This document shows positions 30,220 through 40,503 of a DNA stretch of 64,000 nt, piece by piece. Under the pieces are notes generated by a model that was not told the origin of the DNA, ran no database searches, and saw nothing but the letters and a program-made list of their open reading frames with translations. The position numbers and the translations under genes are program-made. This stretch comes from an uncultured delta proteobacterium (lineage in GTDB: Bacteria > Desulfobacterota > Syntrophia > Syntrophales > UBA5619), in the NCBI GenBank assembly GCA_963817385.1, contig CAWFOM010000010.1, forward strand, positions 256,001-320,000, in the 5' to 3' direction. Numbering within the stretch: the stretch's first letter is position 1; each line of letters begins with the position of its first letter.

Positions 30220-30479
30220 TCAATTCAAAGCACTTCACTATACATTATGAATGATGCGACGATAGGTGTAGATGTCGATTCAAGCAATAGAAGAAAAGTT
30301 CACGACGCGGCGAGTTAAAGCACAGCAAGATGACCGTGATGGCGTCTGATTGTAGCATCGGATGTCAATTCCGCGGATCGGACAGAAAAGTTCACAGACA
30401 ATAAGGATTTCTTCGGTGGCAGCCCACTTTGGTAGGGTAATCATTCCGCAGGCATTTACCGCTATAGGATCAGAGCTTC

Positions 30480-32243
30480 TTAGGAATGTGCAAGAACCGC
30501 CACATCCTTCATCTTCAACTGGATATCCGATGAACCATTCCAGATATTTATCTGCGGTGTGAAAACGATATCCAGGATCGCCGTGGAGAGTTCGTTAAGA
30601 AATTGTCCATTGCTGAACCAAATGGAATTCCGGGATACTCCGTCTGAGCTGACACGCATCTTAAGATGATTATTCCCGACAATGGAAGGGGATGCGACAA
30701 TGACATTTCTAACACATAAAACCGGTTCTGGATTCCTGCTGCCGAAAGGCGACAATTGATCGAACTGCGAGAGGAGTTCTTGGTTGATGTCTGTTAGGTT
30801 GCATTGTGCATCGATCGTCGTGCATGCCGTGAAATCTGCTTCCGGGCTGTTTTCATAAACGACTTCTTTTAGCAGAGATGAAAATTTTTCAATATCTTCC
30901 TCGCGTATAGAAATACCCGCTGCATAGCGATGACCACCGTAGGAAAGTAGAACGGATTCACAGCGCTTAAGCCCTTGATATATGTTGAAATCGGCAACAC
31001 TGCGCCCTGACCCCTTTCCGATGCCATCCTTGAGACTGATCAATATCGCCGGTCGTCCGAAGCGGTCGACCATTCTTGAAGCAACTATTCCAATGACTCC
31101 GGGGTGCCAATCAGGGGAAGCAAAAACCAACGGCCCGATCTTACCTGATTCGAACTGATCCCCTACTTTCTCAAGAAGATCATTGAATATTGTCTTTTCC
31201 ATGGTCTGTCGTTTGCGATTGAATCCATCGAGTTTCCTCGCTAGATCATCTGCTTGTCCCTGATTTTCCGCCAGGAGGAGTTCTACGGCCACTTGGGATG
31301 AGGCAATACGTCCGGCTGCGTTAATTCTCGGTATTAGGCAGTAAGATGCCTTGCCGGAATCGATCACCTGGTGCTCCAGCCCAGACACCGCCTTGAGGGC
31401 GCTGATGCCGATCCGACTGCCTTCCGTCATGAGTTCTAAGCCGATTTTCGCAAATATACGGTTTTCATCGACAAGCGGCGCGATGTCGCCAATTGTACCA
31501 AGAGCTACCAGATCGAGGTATTCCTTTAAATTCGGATAGCGGTCATTCTTCCAAAAACCTTCACGCCTCAAGGTACTGCGAAGGGCAATCAAAAAGTTAA
31601 AAACAATGCCGACAGCGGCAAGATTCTTGAACGGAAAGTGACAATCTGTTCGATTCGGATTAACGACCGCCACCGCCTCGGGTAGAGTGTCGGAGAGTTC
31701 ATGATGGTCCAGAATGATCGTGTCGATCCCGAACTTGCCTGCATGGGCAATCGATTCATGATCGGATATTCCGCAATCGACAGTGACGATAAGCCCTATT
31801 CCTTCCGACTGCATATGTTCCACCGCGTCCCTGTGGAGACCATACCCCTCAGCAATGCGATCGGGAATATAATGGGCAACGTTTTTATAGATCTGACGGA
31901 TAAAATGGAGGAGTACGACAACGGAAGTGATGCCGTCAGCATCATAATCGCCATAGATCACGATCTTTTCCCGTTGGTAGATGGCACGGATGAGGCGGTC
32001 GACCGCCTTTTTCATATCCTGCATCAAAAAGGGGTTGTGGAGATCGCGGAGGGAGGGGGAAAGGAACCGTCGGGCAGCGTCAATGTTTGCTATTTCCCGG
32101 CTCATGAGGATACGCGATACGATCGGACTGAGTCCGAGTTCATTGATTAAGAGATTCTGTGTATGTTTATCGCCCTCCCGCAAATGCCAGCGAGTTGTGG
32201 GCAGTCTACCCGCCAACATCGTTTCTTGCAGTTTACCTCCCAT
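30480..32243 (-). CDS. recJ: Single-stranded DNA exonuclease RecJ
   Basis: YGDYDADG, TVDCG, DHH, PRINAAGR, HPGVIGIVASR, GGHRYAAG. Confidence 0.95.
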   Translation of the reverse strand: MGGKLQETMLAGRLPTTRWHLREGDKHTQNLLINELGLSPIVSRILMSREIANIDAARRFLSPSLRDLHNPFLMQDMKKAVDRLIRAIYQREKIVIYGDYDADGITSVVVLLHFIRQIYKNVAHYIPDRIAEGYGLHRDAVEHMQSEGIGLIVTVDCGISDHESIAHAGKFGIDTIILDHHELSDTLPEAVAVVNPNRTDCHFPFKNLAAVGIVFNFLIALRSTLRREGFWKNDRYPNLKEYLDLVALGTIGDIAPLVDENRIFAKIGLELMTEGSRIGISALKAVSGLEHQVIDSGKASYCLIPRINAAGRIASSQVAVELLLAENQGQADDLARKLDGFNRKRQTMEKTIFNDLLEKVGDQFESGKIGPLVFASPDWHPGVIGIVASRMVDRFGRPAILISLKDGIGKGSGRSVADFNIYQGLKRCESVLLSYGGHRYAAGISIREEDIEKFSSLLKEVVYENSPEADFTACTTIDAQCNLTDINQELLSQFDQLSPFGSRNPEPVLCVRNVIVASPSIVGNNHLKMRVSSDGVSRNSIWFSNGQFLNELSTAILDIVFTPQINIWNGSSDIQLKMKDVAVLAHS

Positions 32244-32595
32244 CCCTGCCGGGCAGCTTCATTCATATCGCTGATTGTGATCATATCAATGTGCACCCCG
32301 ATGTCAAGGAGAGATTTCCTTTCACTCTTGCATCTCTGATGTTTTTGTACTGAAGTGGTGGAGAGTGTTTAGCCGGTGTTTTTATGATGAAATAAATAGA
32401 AACGTTCGAGCTGATTCAAAATAAAAAACAAGAAAACCTACCGCATGACAAATTATTGCAAATTCCAGATCAGATGCTTGGATCTCCAAAAAATTGCCAT
32501 CAATGGGTCTCCCCAAGATGTGATGTAAAATCAAACAGGCAGAAACAGCTCCATTCGATCGCGCCCGCCCGTAATGGCATTGTGGGAGTCTTTAC

Positions 32596-32793
32596 TCAAA
32601 CGGCCTTCTTGAGAAAGCCTGAGCGTATACACCGGGTACACGCCTTGATGCGCTTCACCGCTCCTGTCTTGCCATCTATACACCGAATCTTCTGAAGATT
32701 GGGGTACCATATCTTAGTGCTCTTATTGTTCGCATGGCTGACTTTATGACCAACCATTGGTTTTTTACCGCAAATATCACAGATTCTCGACAT
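32596..32793 (-). CDS. rpmB: 50S ribosomal protein L28
   Basis: [24 protein letters not shown]...PNLQ...[15 protein letters not shown]; start ATG 32793. Confidence 0.95.
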   Translation of the reverse strand: MSRICDICGKKPMVGHKVSHANNKSTKIWYPNLQKIRCIDGKTGAVKRIKACTRCIRSGFLKKAV

Positions 32794-33005
32794 ACACAAG
32801 CTCCTCTCTGAAACGCTGCCGGTTACTAAACCAAATCGGCCCATAATGCAAGCGTTTTTTAACGGCTTCCATAAAACAGCCCATATCCAATCCCCGAGCA
32901 ACATCTCCTTTGATTGTGATCTACGAAAATAGAGACCGCATTCGTCAGGAATTGCATATTGGACCTAAGAAAATATTTAAGTCAAGGCAACTGATTTCAG
33001 GCGCT

Positions 33006-34319
33006 TTATCCGTTTTTCATCAATGGGGGCTGGCCGGTAGCTTCAAGCACCCTCATCCACACATTGCCACCCGGTTCCACTTTTGTTCCGGAAGATACCA
33101 TGTTCAAGGGGAGATGCACATATTCGTCTTTCATCAAACCGACGAGCATGCCTGTCTTTCCGGCCATGCCAGCATGAACCGCATACTGACCCAATGCCCC
33201 GCAATACATGCTGTCACTGGCATTAGCCGGGACGCTACGAATCGTATAGCTCGGGTCTATGTACTTGAGATTGACCTCCATTCCAGTTCGTCTGAAATAC
33301 TCCTCCGTGGCGGTTTTGAGGAAGAGACCAATGTCGAGCAGATGTGGGTTGCCAGAGGCATCCGTCTCCATAGGTTGACCCTCCTTTCGAAGGTGTTCCT
33401 GCCCCGCACCCTCAGCCACAAGGATGACACAATGGGCACGTTCCCGCAGACGCTTCTCGACGGCCCTCAGAAGACCTTTCTCTCCTTCCATGTCAAAGGG
33501 GACTTCGGGAATCAAAACAAAGTTGACATCAGTCTGTGCCAGGGCGGCACCTGCAGCAATATGACCGGACTGTCGGCCCATGATCTTGACTAAGCCGATG
33601 CCGTTCGGGGCACCCTTAGCTTCAACATGTGCGCACTGGATCGCTTTGACCGACTCGGATATGGCCGTGTCAAACCCGAAGGTTTTTTGTATCAGATTCA
33701 GGTCGTTATCGATGGTCTTCGGAATACCGATGACCCCGATATTCTGGCCTCGACGCGTGATTTCTTCGGTGAGCCTTTCCGTTGCTCTCATCGTCCCGTC
33801 CCCACCAATACAAAACAGAAGGTCTATATTCATACGTTTGAGGGCGTTAACCATCTCACCGACATCCTGCCGTCCGCGTGAAGAGGAAAGGATGCTCCCA
33901 CCCAATGTATTGATATCCATTACGATTCCCGGCATTAATTCCACTACGGGGTGACTGTATTTTGGAATAAGCCCCTGAAACCCGTACTTTAGTCCGACGA
34001 TATTGCGAACTCCATACCGATGATATAGCTCCATGACTATCGTCCGGATCACATCGTTGATACCAGGGCAGAGTCCCCCGCAGGTTACGATGGCAGCCTT
34101 GGTCTTTGAGGGATCGAAGAATATCATCTCACGCGGCCCTGCAACTTCGACAGAAAGAGGACTCCCGTCCGGCGCCTTGAAACGGTCGTACTGATTGAGG
34201 TAGATATTAAAGAGTATCCTTTTAGCATCCGAGGTGAAATAACTGACTGTTACGGGGGAGGGGATGGTGCACCCACCAAGATTCTGAATGGTGAAATTAT
34301 ACAGGATATTACTTTCCAT
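33006..34319 (-). CDS. pfkA: ATP-dependent 6-phosphofructokinase
   Basis: TCGGLCPG, GGDGT, PKTIDND, MGR, YIDPSYTIRS. Confidence 0.9.
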   Translation of the reverse strand: MESNILYNFTIQNLGGCTIPSPVTVSYFTSDAKRILFNIYLNQYDRFKAPDGSPLSVEVAGPREMIFFDPSKTKAAIVTCGGLCPGINDVIRTIVMELYHRYGVRNIVGLKYGFQGLIPKYSHPVVELMPGIVMDINTLGGSILSSSRGRQDVGEMVNALKRMNIDLLFCIGGDGTMRATERLTEEITRRGQNIGVIGIPKTIDNDLNLIQKTFGFDTAISESVKAIQCAHVEAKGAPNGIGLVKIMGRQSGHIAAGAALAQTDVNFVLIPEVPFDMEGEKGLLRAVEKRLRERAHCVILVAEGAGQEHLRKEGQPMETDASGNPHLLDIGLFLKTATEEYFRRTGMEVNLKYIDPSYTIRSVPANASDSMYCGALGQYAVHAGMAGKTGMLVGLMKDEYVHLPLNMVSSGTKVEPGGNVWMRVLEATGQPPLMKNG

Positions 34320-35766
34320 GGCTTTGAACCTCCTTTTCTACCAAAGACGCAGCATCCATTCCTGAGAGAATCTCTCCCTCGAAACCGAGACCTGCCCGTA
34401 ATATTCCTCCGGTCAAGAGGACATTGGAAAGGGGAGTCTTTGGCGAGAGGATTTTCATTGCAATGATCGACCTCTTTCGTACATGGTATTTTTTATTGAT
34501 GATCTCCTGAGATTGTCTCGCAAGGGCAATCGATTTTTCAATATTGATATAATCGATACTCTCTCGTAAAAAAGGGAGGAACCAGTCAAGTGAATTAATG
34601 ATAGTATTAGCGATTACCTTCAACTCCAAATCATCAAGGACCAGTGGAGAATCTTTCAGATACACAGTGACACTGACCGCTCGTCTTCCTTCCGGTGCCC
34701 TATAGGTATCACCCGGCAGGCTCATCTCGAGAAACAAGAGATTTTGATCCTGTGCCGGTTTATTTTCATCCGGTACCACAACTGAATAAGGGGTAATTTT
34801 CTCCGGAATCCCTTCTTCATGAATTCCCATATGCAGGCAAAAAGGATGCGCATATGGCCGGTAGAAGTCTAAGCGATTAACCAAGCGTCGGAAGATCTTC
34901 TGCTGAAACAGCAAGAGATTTAATTTTTCCCATTGTGCGCTGACAATAAGCTTCTTGCCGCGGATAGTTGTTGATACTCCCGAGCTTTCCAGATCGATAT
35001 TAATATCTGGTCTCGTGTCGATGCGCATGATTGAACACCCGTCTATCAGTTCCCCGCCGGCATCCGTGAATCCCTTACGCAGCCAGTTTAACCAGGTATT
35101 TCGACCGCCGACTGGATAGAAAACACCCCTTGTCGGCAGGGTGAGAAGGTACGCGGCTGAGATGGGAAAAGGAATGCAATTTATGTCCAAATAGGAAAGC
35201 ATGGTAATCTGTGCCTTAATTACGCTTCTAAGTGCACATAAATCGCCATTTCCGCGAATAATCAGGGAAGTGCGACCTGCAAGAGCGGTAGTAATTCGAA
35301 GCATCCCGCGGATTAGTCTCCTGAATGCATTAAGTTTTTCAGCACCATCTTCGCTTATCCAGCGTTCGATGAGAGTCGCATTTTTTGATACGGCAGAATA
35401 GAAACGCCGAATCTCCTTCTCATGTTGCGGAAATTCGCGAATGATATCTGAGATTAACTGATCACGGTCATGAAAAAGATCGACCCGATGACCGGGAAGT
35501 ATCACCTGGAAGGCGGGATCCATAAGAAGTAACTGGGGGGCTTCATCAGGCGAAAGATGAAGCTGCCTGAGGAGGCGAAGGATTATCTGTTCCTGTCCAA
35601 AACCCGAAAGGGGCGTCGGATCGATCGGAAAGATGTATCCCGATTCTCGATACTCTGCTTCCTGATTTCCCTCATTAACCAAGACCGTTTTCAGTCCACG
35701 ACGAGATGCAGTCAATGCTGCAACTAACGAACTTAAATCCTGGCCAACGATAATAGCATCATACAT
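34309..35766 (-). CDS. Phytoene dehydrogenase-like flavoprotein (degenerate FAD motif)
   Basis: N-terminal YDAIIVGQDLSSL Rossmann-like, YPVGG, RAPEG, C-terminal TPLSNVLLTG. Confidence 0.6.
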   Translation of the reverse strand: MYDAIIVGQDLSSLVAALTASRRGLKTVLVNEGNQEAEYRESGYIFPIDPTPLSGFGQEQIILRLLRQLHLSPDEAPQLLLMDPAFQVILPGHRVDLFHDRDQLISDIIREFPQHEKEIRRFYSAVSKNATLIERWISEDGAEKLNAFRRLIRGMLRITTALAGRTSLIIRGNGDLCALRSVIKAQITMLSYLDINCIPFPISAAYLLTLPTRGVFYPVGGRNTWLNWLRKGFTDAGGELIDGCSIMRIDTRPDINIDLESSGVSTTIRGKKLIVSAQWEKLNLLLFQQKIFRRLVNRLDFYRPYAHPFCLHMGIHEEGIPEKITPYSVVVPDENKPAQDQNLLFLEMSLPGDTYRAPEGRRAVSVTVYLKDSPLVLDDLELKVIANTIINSLDWFLPFLRESIDYINIEKSIALARQSQEIINKKYHVRKRSIIAMKILSPKTPLSNVLLTGGILRAGLGFEGEILSGMDAASLVEKEVQSHGK

Positions 35767-35833
35767 TTGACTTACGCCCAATTGGATGTGCGACGAAAGA
35801 AACTTTTTTTCCGCTGTACATGTGAAGAAAAGG

Positions 35834-36499
35834 TTAAAACATGGTCAGAGGAGGATTGTGGAGTGCATTTCCCGCTAACCTTTGTCCATTCCGAATATAG
35901 ACTCTACGGCCATTAACCTCAATTTTTCGCTCCGCATAATATTGAATAGCCTGCGGATAAATCTTGTGTTCTTCTTTCAATATCCGTGCTGAGAGAGTAT
36001 TGGCGTCATCGTCATCGTAAACCGGGACAACTGACTGAATGATGATTGGCCCCGAATCAACGCCTTCATCCGCAAAATGAACAGTGCATCCGGAAAACTT
36101 GACTCCATATTCGACAGCTTTCTGCTGTACGTTGGTACCGGGAAATGCGGGTAGAAGTGCGGGATGGATATTCATAATCCGTAGGGGAAAAGCCCGAAAG
36201 AATTCGTGAGAAAGAATTCGCATGAAACCGGCCATTATCACAAGTTCGACACCCGATGATTGAAGAATTGTAATTATCCTACGATCAAATCCCTCACGGG
36301 TACCGAATTCGTGATGGTTTACAACAGCGGTTGGGATGCCGTGTTTAATGCACCGTTCGAGAGCGTAGGCGCCAGGGTTATTGCTAATGACCATCCTGAT
36401 TTCCACATCCAATGTTCCACTTTCAATATGATCGATAATGGACTGCAGATTTGAACCGTTTCCTGAAACAAGGACCCCGATACCGACTTTATTATGCAT
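35834..36499 (-). CDS. purN: Phosphoribosylglycinamide formyltransferase
   Basis: SGNGSNLQ, AGFMRIL, NIHPALLP, GCTVHF, DSGPII. Confidence 0.96.
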   Translation of the reverse strand: MHNKVGIGVLVSGNGSNLQSIIDHIESGTLDVEIRMVISNNPGAYALERCIKHGIPTAVVNHHEFGTREGFDRRIITILQSSGVELVIMAGFMRILSHEFFRAFPLRIMNIHPALLPAFPGTNVQQKAVEYGVKFSGCTVHFADEGVDSGPIIIQSVVPVYDDDDANTLSARILKEEHKIYPQAIQYYAERKIEVNGRRVYIRNGQRLAGNALHNPPLTMF

Positions 36500-36554
36500 T
36501 GCATGAATCCCTGCGAAAAATTAGTACTGATACGTCATCATGGGTGATAAATCG

Positions 36555-37598
36555 TTACACACAAGCTACGGTCGGCTGATCATTTTCCTTCTTTTCAATT
36601 ATTCCAATCGAATAGGCTCTCTCACCAAGCTTATCAAACCTCTCCATGATTTCCGGGTGATCTTTTTCGGCTACGATGAGGATCATCCCGATGCCCATAT
36701 TGAAGACCCGTAGCATTTCATTATCATCGATATTACCGATGTTCTGAATTAATTCAAAAATTGCCGGTATCTGCCAGCTTCCTTTTGTTATAACTGCCCT
36801 ACAGGGACCCGGAAGTATCCGGGGAATATTATCAATGAAACCACCACCGGTGATATGGACTATTCCGCGAATGTGGAAATTCTTGATGATATTGAGAATC
36901 GACTTTACATAAATTCTTGTAGGCGTGAGAAGTTCCATCCCGATTGTCTGTGTTAACCCTTCGATCCGATCATCTGGGTTGAGCTTTCCCTCTTCGAAAA
37001 GCACTCGCCTCGCCAATGAAAATCCGTTGCTGTGAAGACCCGATGAGGCAATACCGACAATTCGGTCACCGACACGAATTTCGGAACCATCGATCAGTTT
37101 ATCAGCCTCTACTACCCCCACGCAAAAACCGGCCAGATCATACTCCCCGTCTGGATAAAAACCCGGCATCTCGGCAGTTTCTCCGCCGATAAGAGCGCAA
37201 CCGGCCTCATGACATCCTTTTACGATCCCTTCTACGATCTGCACACTCGTATCAATGTGCAATTTCCCCGTGGCAATGTAATCCAGAAAGAAAAGCGGTT
37301 CCGCCCCTTGTACAACGACATCATTTACCGACATAGCCACGAGGTCAATCCCTACCGTATCATGCTTGCCCATGAGCTGTGCGATCTTCAGCTTTGTACC
37401 CACGCCATCAGTTGAAGAGACTAGGATGGGATCCCGATTTTTACTAATATCCAGATGAAAAAGACCACCGAACCCACCGATCCCGCTCATCACTTCCCGC
37501 CGGGACGCAATCTTTATCAGAGGCTTGATCCTTTCAACGAAAGAATTTGCCCGGTCGATATCGACTCCTGAATCTTTGTAGGTTATTTTTCTTTTCAT
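36555..37598 (-). CDS. purM: AIR synthetase
   Basis: YKDSGVDI, TDGVGTK, GGETAEMP, SSGLHSNG, HITGGG; start set to ATG 37598 with GGAG RBS. Confidence 0.96.
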   Translation of the reverse strand: MKRKITYKDSGVDIDRANSFVERIKPLIKIASRREVMSGIGGFGGLFHLDISKNRDPILVSSTDGVGTKLKIAQLMGKHDTVGIDLVAMSVNDVVVQGAEPLFFLDYIATGKLHIDTSVQIVEGIVKGCHEAGCALIGGETAEMPGFYPDGEYDLAGFCVGVVEADKLIDGSEIRVGDRIVGIASSGLHSNGFSLARRVLFEEGKLNPDDRIEGLTQTIGMELLTPTRIYVKSILNIIKNFHIRGIVHITGGGFIDNIPRILPGPCRAVITKGSWQIPAIFELIQNIGNIDDNEMLRVFNMGIGMILIVAEKDHPEIMERFDKLGERAYSIGIIEKKENDQPTVACV

Positions 37599-37940
37599 AA
37601 GGAACTCCATTATTTGGTACGCCTGTGATAAAACAGACGGGAAAAGATATTGCATGACGATGATGTATTAAATACAGCTAAACCATGGGTAAAGCATGTC
37701 TGCACTATTTTAATCTCAGCCCATCCCTAACGTGGTCAGGGATGGGGTGGGGGTGAGAAGGCCCCACACCTTCAGTGAATCAACGTTGTTGGTGAGTAAT
37801 ATTTACTCAAAGCTTTTTTAGCGTAACTCAGCCTCAAAGTCAATTCTTTCCTTGCAGTCGGAAGGAACGTCTGATAAAGAAATAAAGGCTTTCTACACGA
37901 TATTATTGTGATTAATTTTCGCATATTGTTATAATGAGAA

Positions 37941-40400
37941 ATGGAATTGATGGAAAAATTACTAAAAAAAATGGAGGCACCTCTCTTGTTTGTAACGGAC
38001 AATGATTACGACCGATTACCTCTGGTAAAGAATTTGGAGGGTGTCATGACCGGACTCTCACAACAGATCCGCGATGAAATCAATCGTGACATCCCTGAAC
38101 CACAGAAGGATGAAATAGAGAGGCTTTCCGTAACATTAGCGAAACTATTCAAAGGCTATGACAGTCTGTCGCGGGAAAAGAAAAAGGATCATATTGCCGA
38201 GGCTATCCAGCATGTTTCCAAACTTAAAGCAATCTTGAAGATTTCCTCAAAGATACCGAATGATGAGGAACAGTCCCCAAAACCGGAAGATAAGGAGCAG
38301 ACCATTAAACTGCTATCGCTTCCTGTGCGTTCCATCCGCGGTATTGGTCCTCAGATTGCCGCACTTCTGGGGAAAAAGAATCTTTTTACCGTCGAAGATA
38401 TGCTTTACTTTTTGCCCAAGCGATACGAGGACCGCCGTACGATTTGTCGCATCTCGGAAACAGTTCCGGGAGCCAGACAGACCATTATCGGGAAGATCAT
38501 TCGTTCGGATATTCACTTCTACGGTAGAAAGAGGATCTTCGCGGTCACCATTGACGACGGCTACGGGATTCTCAAAGTCAAATGGTTCAAGGGGCGAGAG
38601 ACTTTCTTGAGGGGAACTTTCAAGACCGGAAAGCGTGTCATCCTGACCGGAGAGGTCAGGGGATTGCCCTTTGAGACGAATATGATCCATCCCGATTTTG
38701 AAGTACTCGATGAAAATGAAGATACCCTGCTCCATTTCAAAAGGATTGTTCCAATTTATTCAGAAACGGAAGGAATTCACCAGAAAACGTTACGACGGAT
38801 CATGTGGCGGGTGGTACGGGATTATGCACACCTTCTTCGGAGTCCCATCCCGTTAGAGCTCTTCAGGAAACATCGACTGATGGAGATTGGTAAAGCGGTC
38901 TGTCAGGTCCATTTTCCCGATCTCGATCAGGTGATGGATGAATATCAGGAGATGCGCTCAGATGCGCACAGAAGTCTCATCTATGATGAATTCTTTTTTT
39001 TCCAGCTTGGCATGGCCTTGAGAAAAAAAGGGGGGAGCATCACACGGAGAATATCTTTCAGACCAGGGGGTGTGATGCTGAGGCGATTTTATAAGTCGCT
39101 TCCATTTACTCTAACCGCCGCCCAGCAAAGAGTCATAGCGGACATAGAACGAGACATGACATCTTTCACGAGCATGAATCGCCTGCTCCAGGGAGATGTC
39201 GGTTCAGGAAAGACAGTCGTTTCCATGGCAGCGATGATCATCGCCTGTGAGAATGGTTTTCAATCCGCTCTGATGGCGCCCACGGAAATCCTAGCGGAGC
39301 AGCATTATCGGAATCTGAAGGGTTGGTCGGAAACAATTGGTCTAAAAATCGAATTTCTGACGGGAAGTATGAATATTGTCAAAAAAAAGGAACTCCAGGC
39401 GCGCATTATGAGTGGCGAGATCGACATAATAATAGGTACCCATGCATTGATCCAGGAGGGAATCACTTTCAGAAATCTGGGGCTGGTGGTGATTGATGAA
39501 CAGCATCGTTTTGGAGTAATCCAGAGAGCCGCGCTGCGAAATAAAGGTACGGTGCCGGATGTCCTCGTCATGACGGCGACCCCGATTCCAAGAACATTGG
39601 CAATGACGGTATATGGGGATCTTGATGTTTCAGTCATTGATGAGATGCCTCCCGGAAAGAAAACGATTCGGACGAAGGTGTTTTCCGAAGCCCAGAGGAA
39701 CCACGTCTATGAAATCATGCGCCGTGAAGTCCAGAAAGACAATCAGGTCATTATCGTCTATCCGCTCATCGAAGAGTCGGAAAACCTTGCCCTTAAGGAT
39801 GCCACCCGCATGGCTGAGCATTTGCAGCGGGTGATCTTTCCAGACGCCCATATCGGTCTTATACACGGACGGATGAAGGGAACAGAGAAGAACCGGATCA
39901 TGTCAGATTTCATAGGGAAAAAGATACAGATCCTTGTATCAACGACGATTATCGAAGTCGGCATTGATATTCCTACAGCGTCGATGATGGTCATCGAGCA
40001 TGCGGAACGATTCGGCCTTTCGCAGCTTCATCAGTTGCGAGGCAGAGTCGGGCGTAGCGATATCCCTTCCTACTGCATTCTTTTAGCACAGCGCAGCGGG
40101 ACTGACAATGCGCGGAAACGACTGCGAATCATGGAAGAGACAAACGATGGCTTCCACATTGCCGAGGAGGATCTGGCCATCCGAGGTCCCGGTGAATTTA
40201 TGGGAACAAAACAATCCGGACTGCCCGATTTCCGGGTAGCCAACATCATCCGTGATTGTCGTATTTTGAGCGATGCCAAGACGGACGCGTTTGCACTTGT
40301 GGATAAGGATCCGTGTCTGGAAAGACCTGATCATATCCCGATCAGAGAGGTTCTGGACCGACGATGGGGAGGCAGGCCGGATCTGGTAAAAACAGGATGA
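37941..40400 (+). CDS. recG: ATP-dependent DNA helicase RecG (N-terminal extension)
   Basis: LQGDVGSGKT, DEQHRFG, MTATPIPRTL, QLRGRVGR, RGPGEF. Confidence 0.96.
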   Translation: MELMEKLLKKMEAPLLFVTDNDYDRLPLVKNLEGVMTGLSQQIRDEINRDIPEPQKDEIERLSVTLAKLFKGYDSLSREKKKDHIAEAIQHVSKLKAILKISSKIPNDEEQSPKPEDKEQTIKLLSLPVRSIRGIGPQIAALLGKKNLFTVEDMLYFLPKRYEDRRTICRISETVPGARQTIIGKIIRSDIHFYGRKRIFAVTIDDGYGILKVKWFKGRETFLRGTFKTGKRVILTGEVRGLPFETNMIHPDFEVLDENEDTLLHFKRIVPIYSETEGIHQKTLRRIMWRVVRDYAHLLRSPIPLELFRKHRLMEIGKAVCQVHFPDLDQVMDEYQEMRSDAHRSLIYDEFFFFQLGMALRKKGGSITRRISFRPGGVMLRRFYKSLPFTLTAAQQRVIADIERDMTSFTSMNRLLQGDVGSGKTVVSMAAMIIACENGFQSALMAPTEILAEQHYRNLKGWSETIGLKIEFLTGSMNIVKKKELQARIMSGEIDIIIGTHALIQEGITFRNLGLVVIDEQHRFGVIQRAALRNKGTVPDVLVMTATPIPRTLAMTVYGDLDVSVIDEMPPGKKTIRTKVFSEAQRNHVYEIMRREVQKDNQVIIVYPLIEESENLALKDATRMAEHLQRVIFPDAHIGLIHGRMKGTEKNRIMSDFIGKKIQILVSTTIIEVGIDIPTASMMVIEHAERFGLSQLHQLRGRVGRSDIPSYCILLAQRSGTDNARKRLRIMEETNDGFHIAEEDLAIRGPGEFMGTKQSGLPDFRVANIIRDCRILSDAKTDAFALVDKDPCLERPDHIPIREVLDRRWGGRPDLVKTG

Positions 40401-40503
40401 CAGATGAATTCTTTTGACAAATTGTCACCACTTGATATAGAAACGGTCATCATTTTCGGTAATCAGAGCAGATGCACACATATTCACTAGCGAGTACAAG
40501 ACC

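Noticed and set aside
30220..30480. Hidden gene or RNA in the DUF2156-recJ and recJ-rpmB spacers
   Set aside because: No convincing ORF, RBS or stable structure seen
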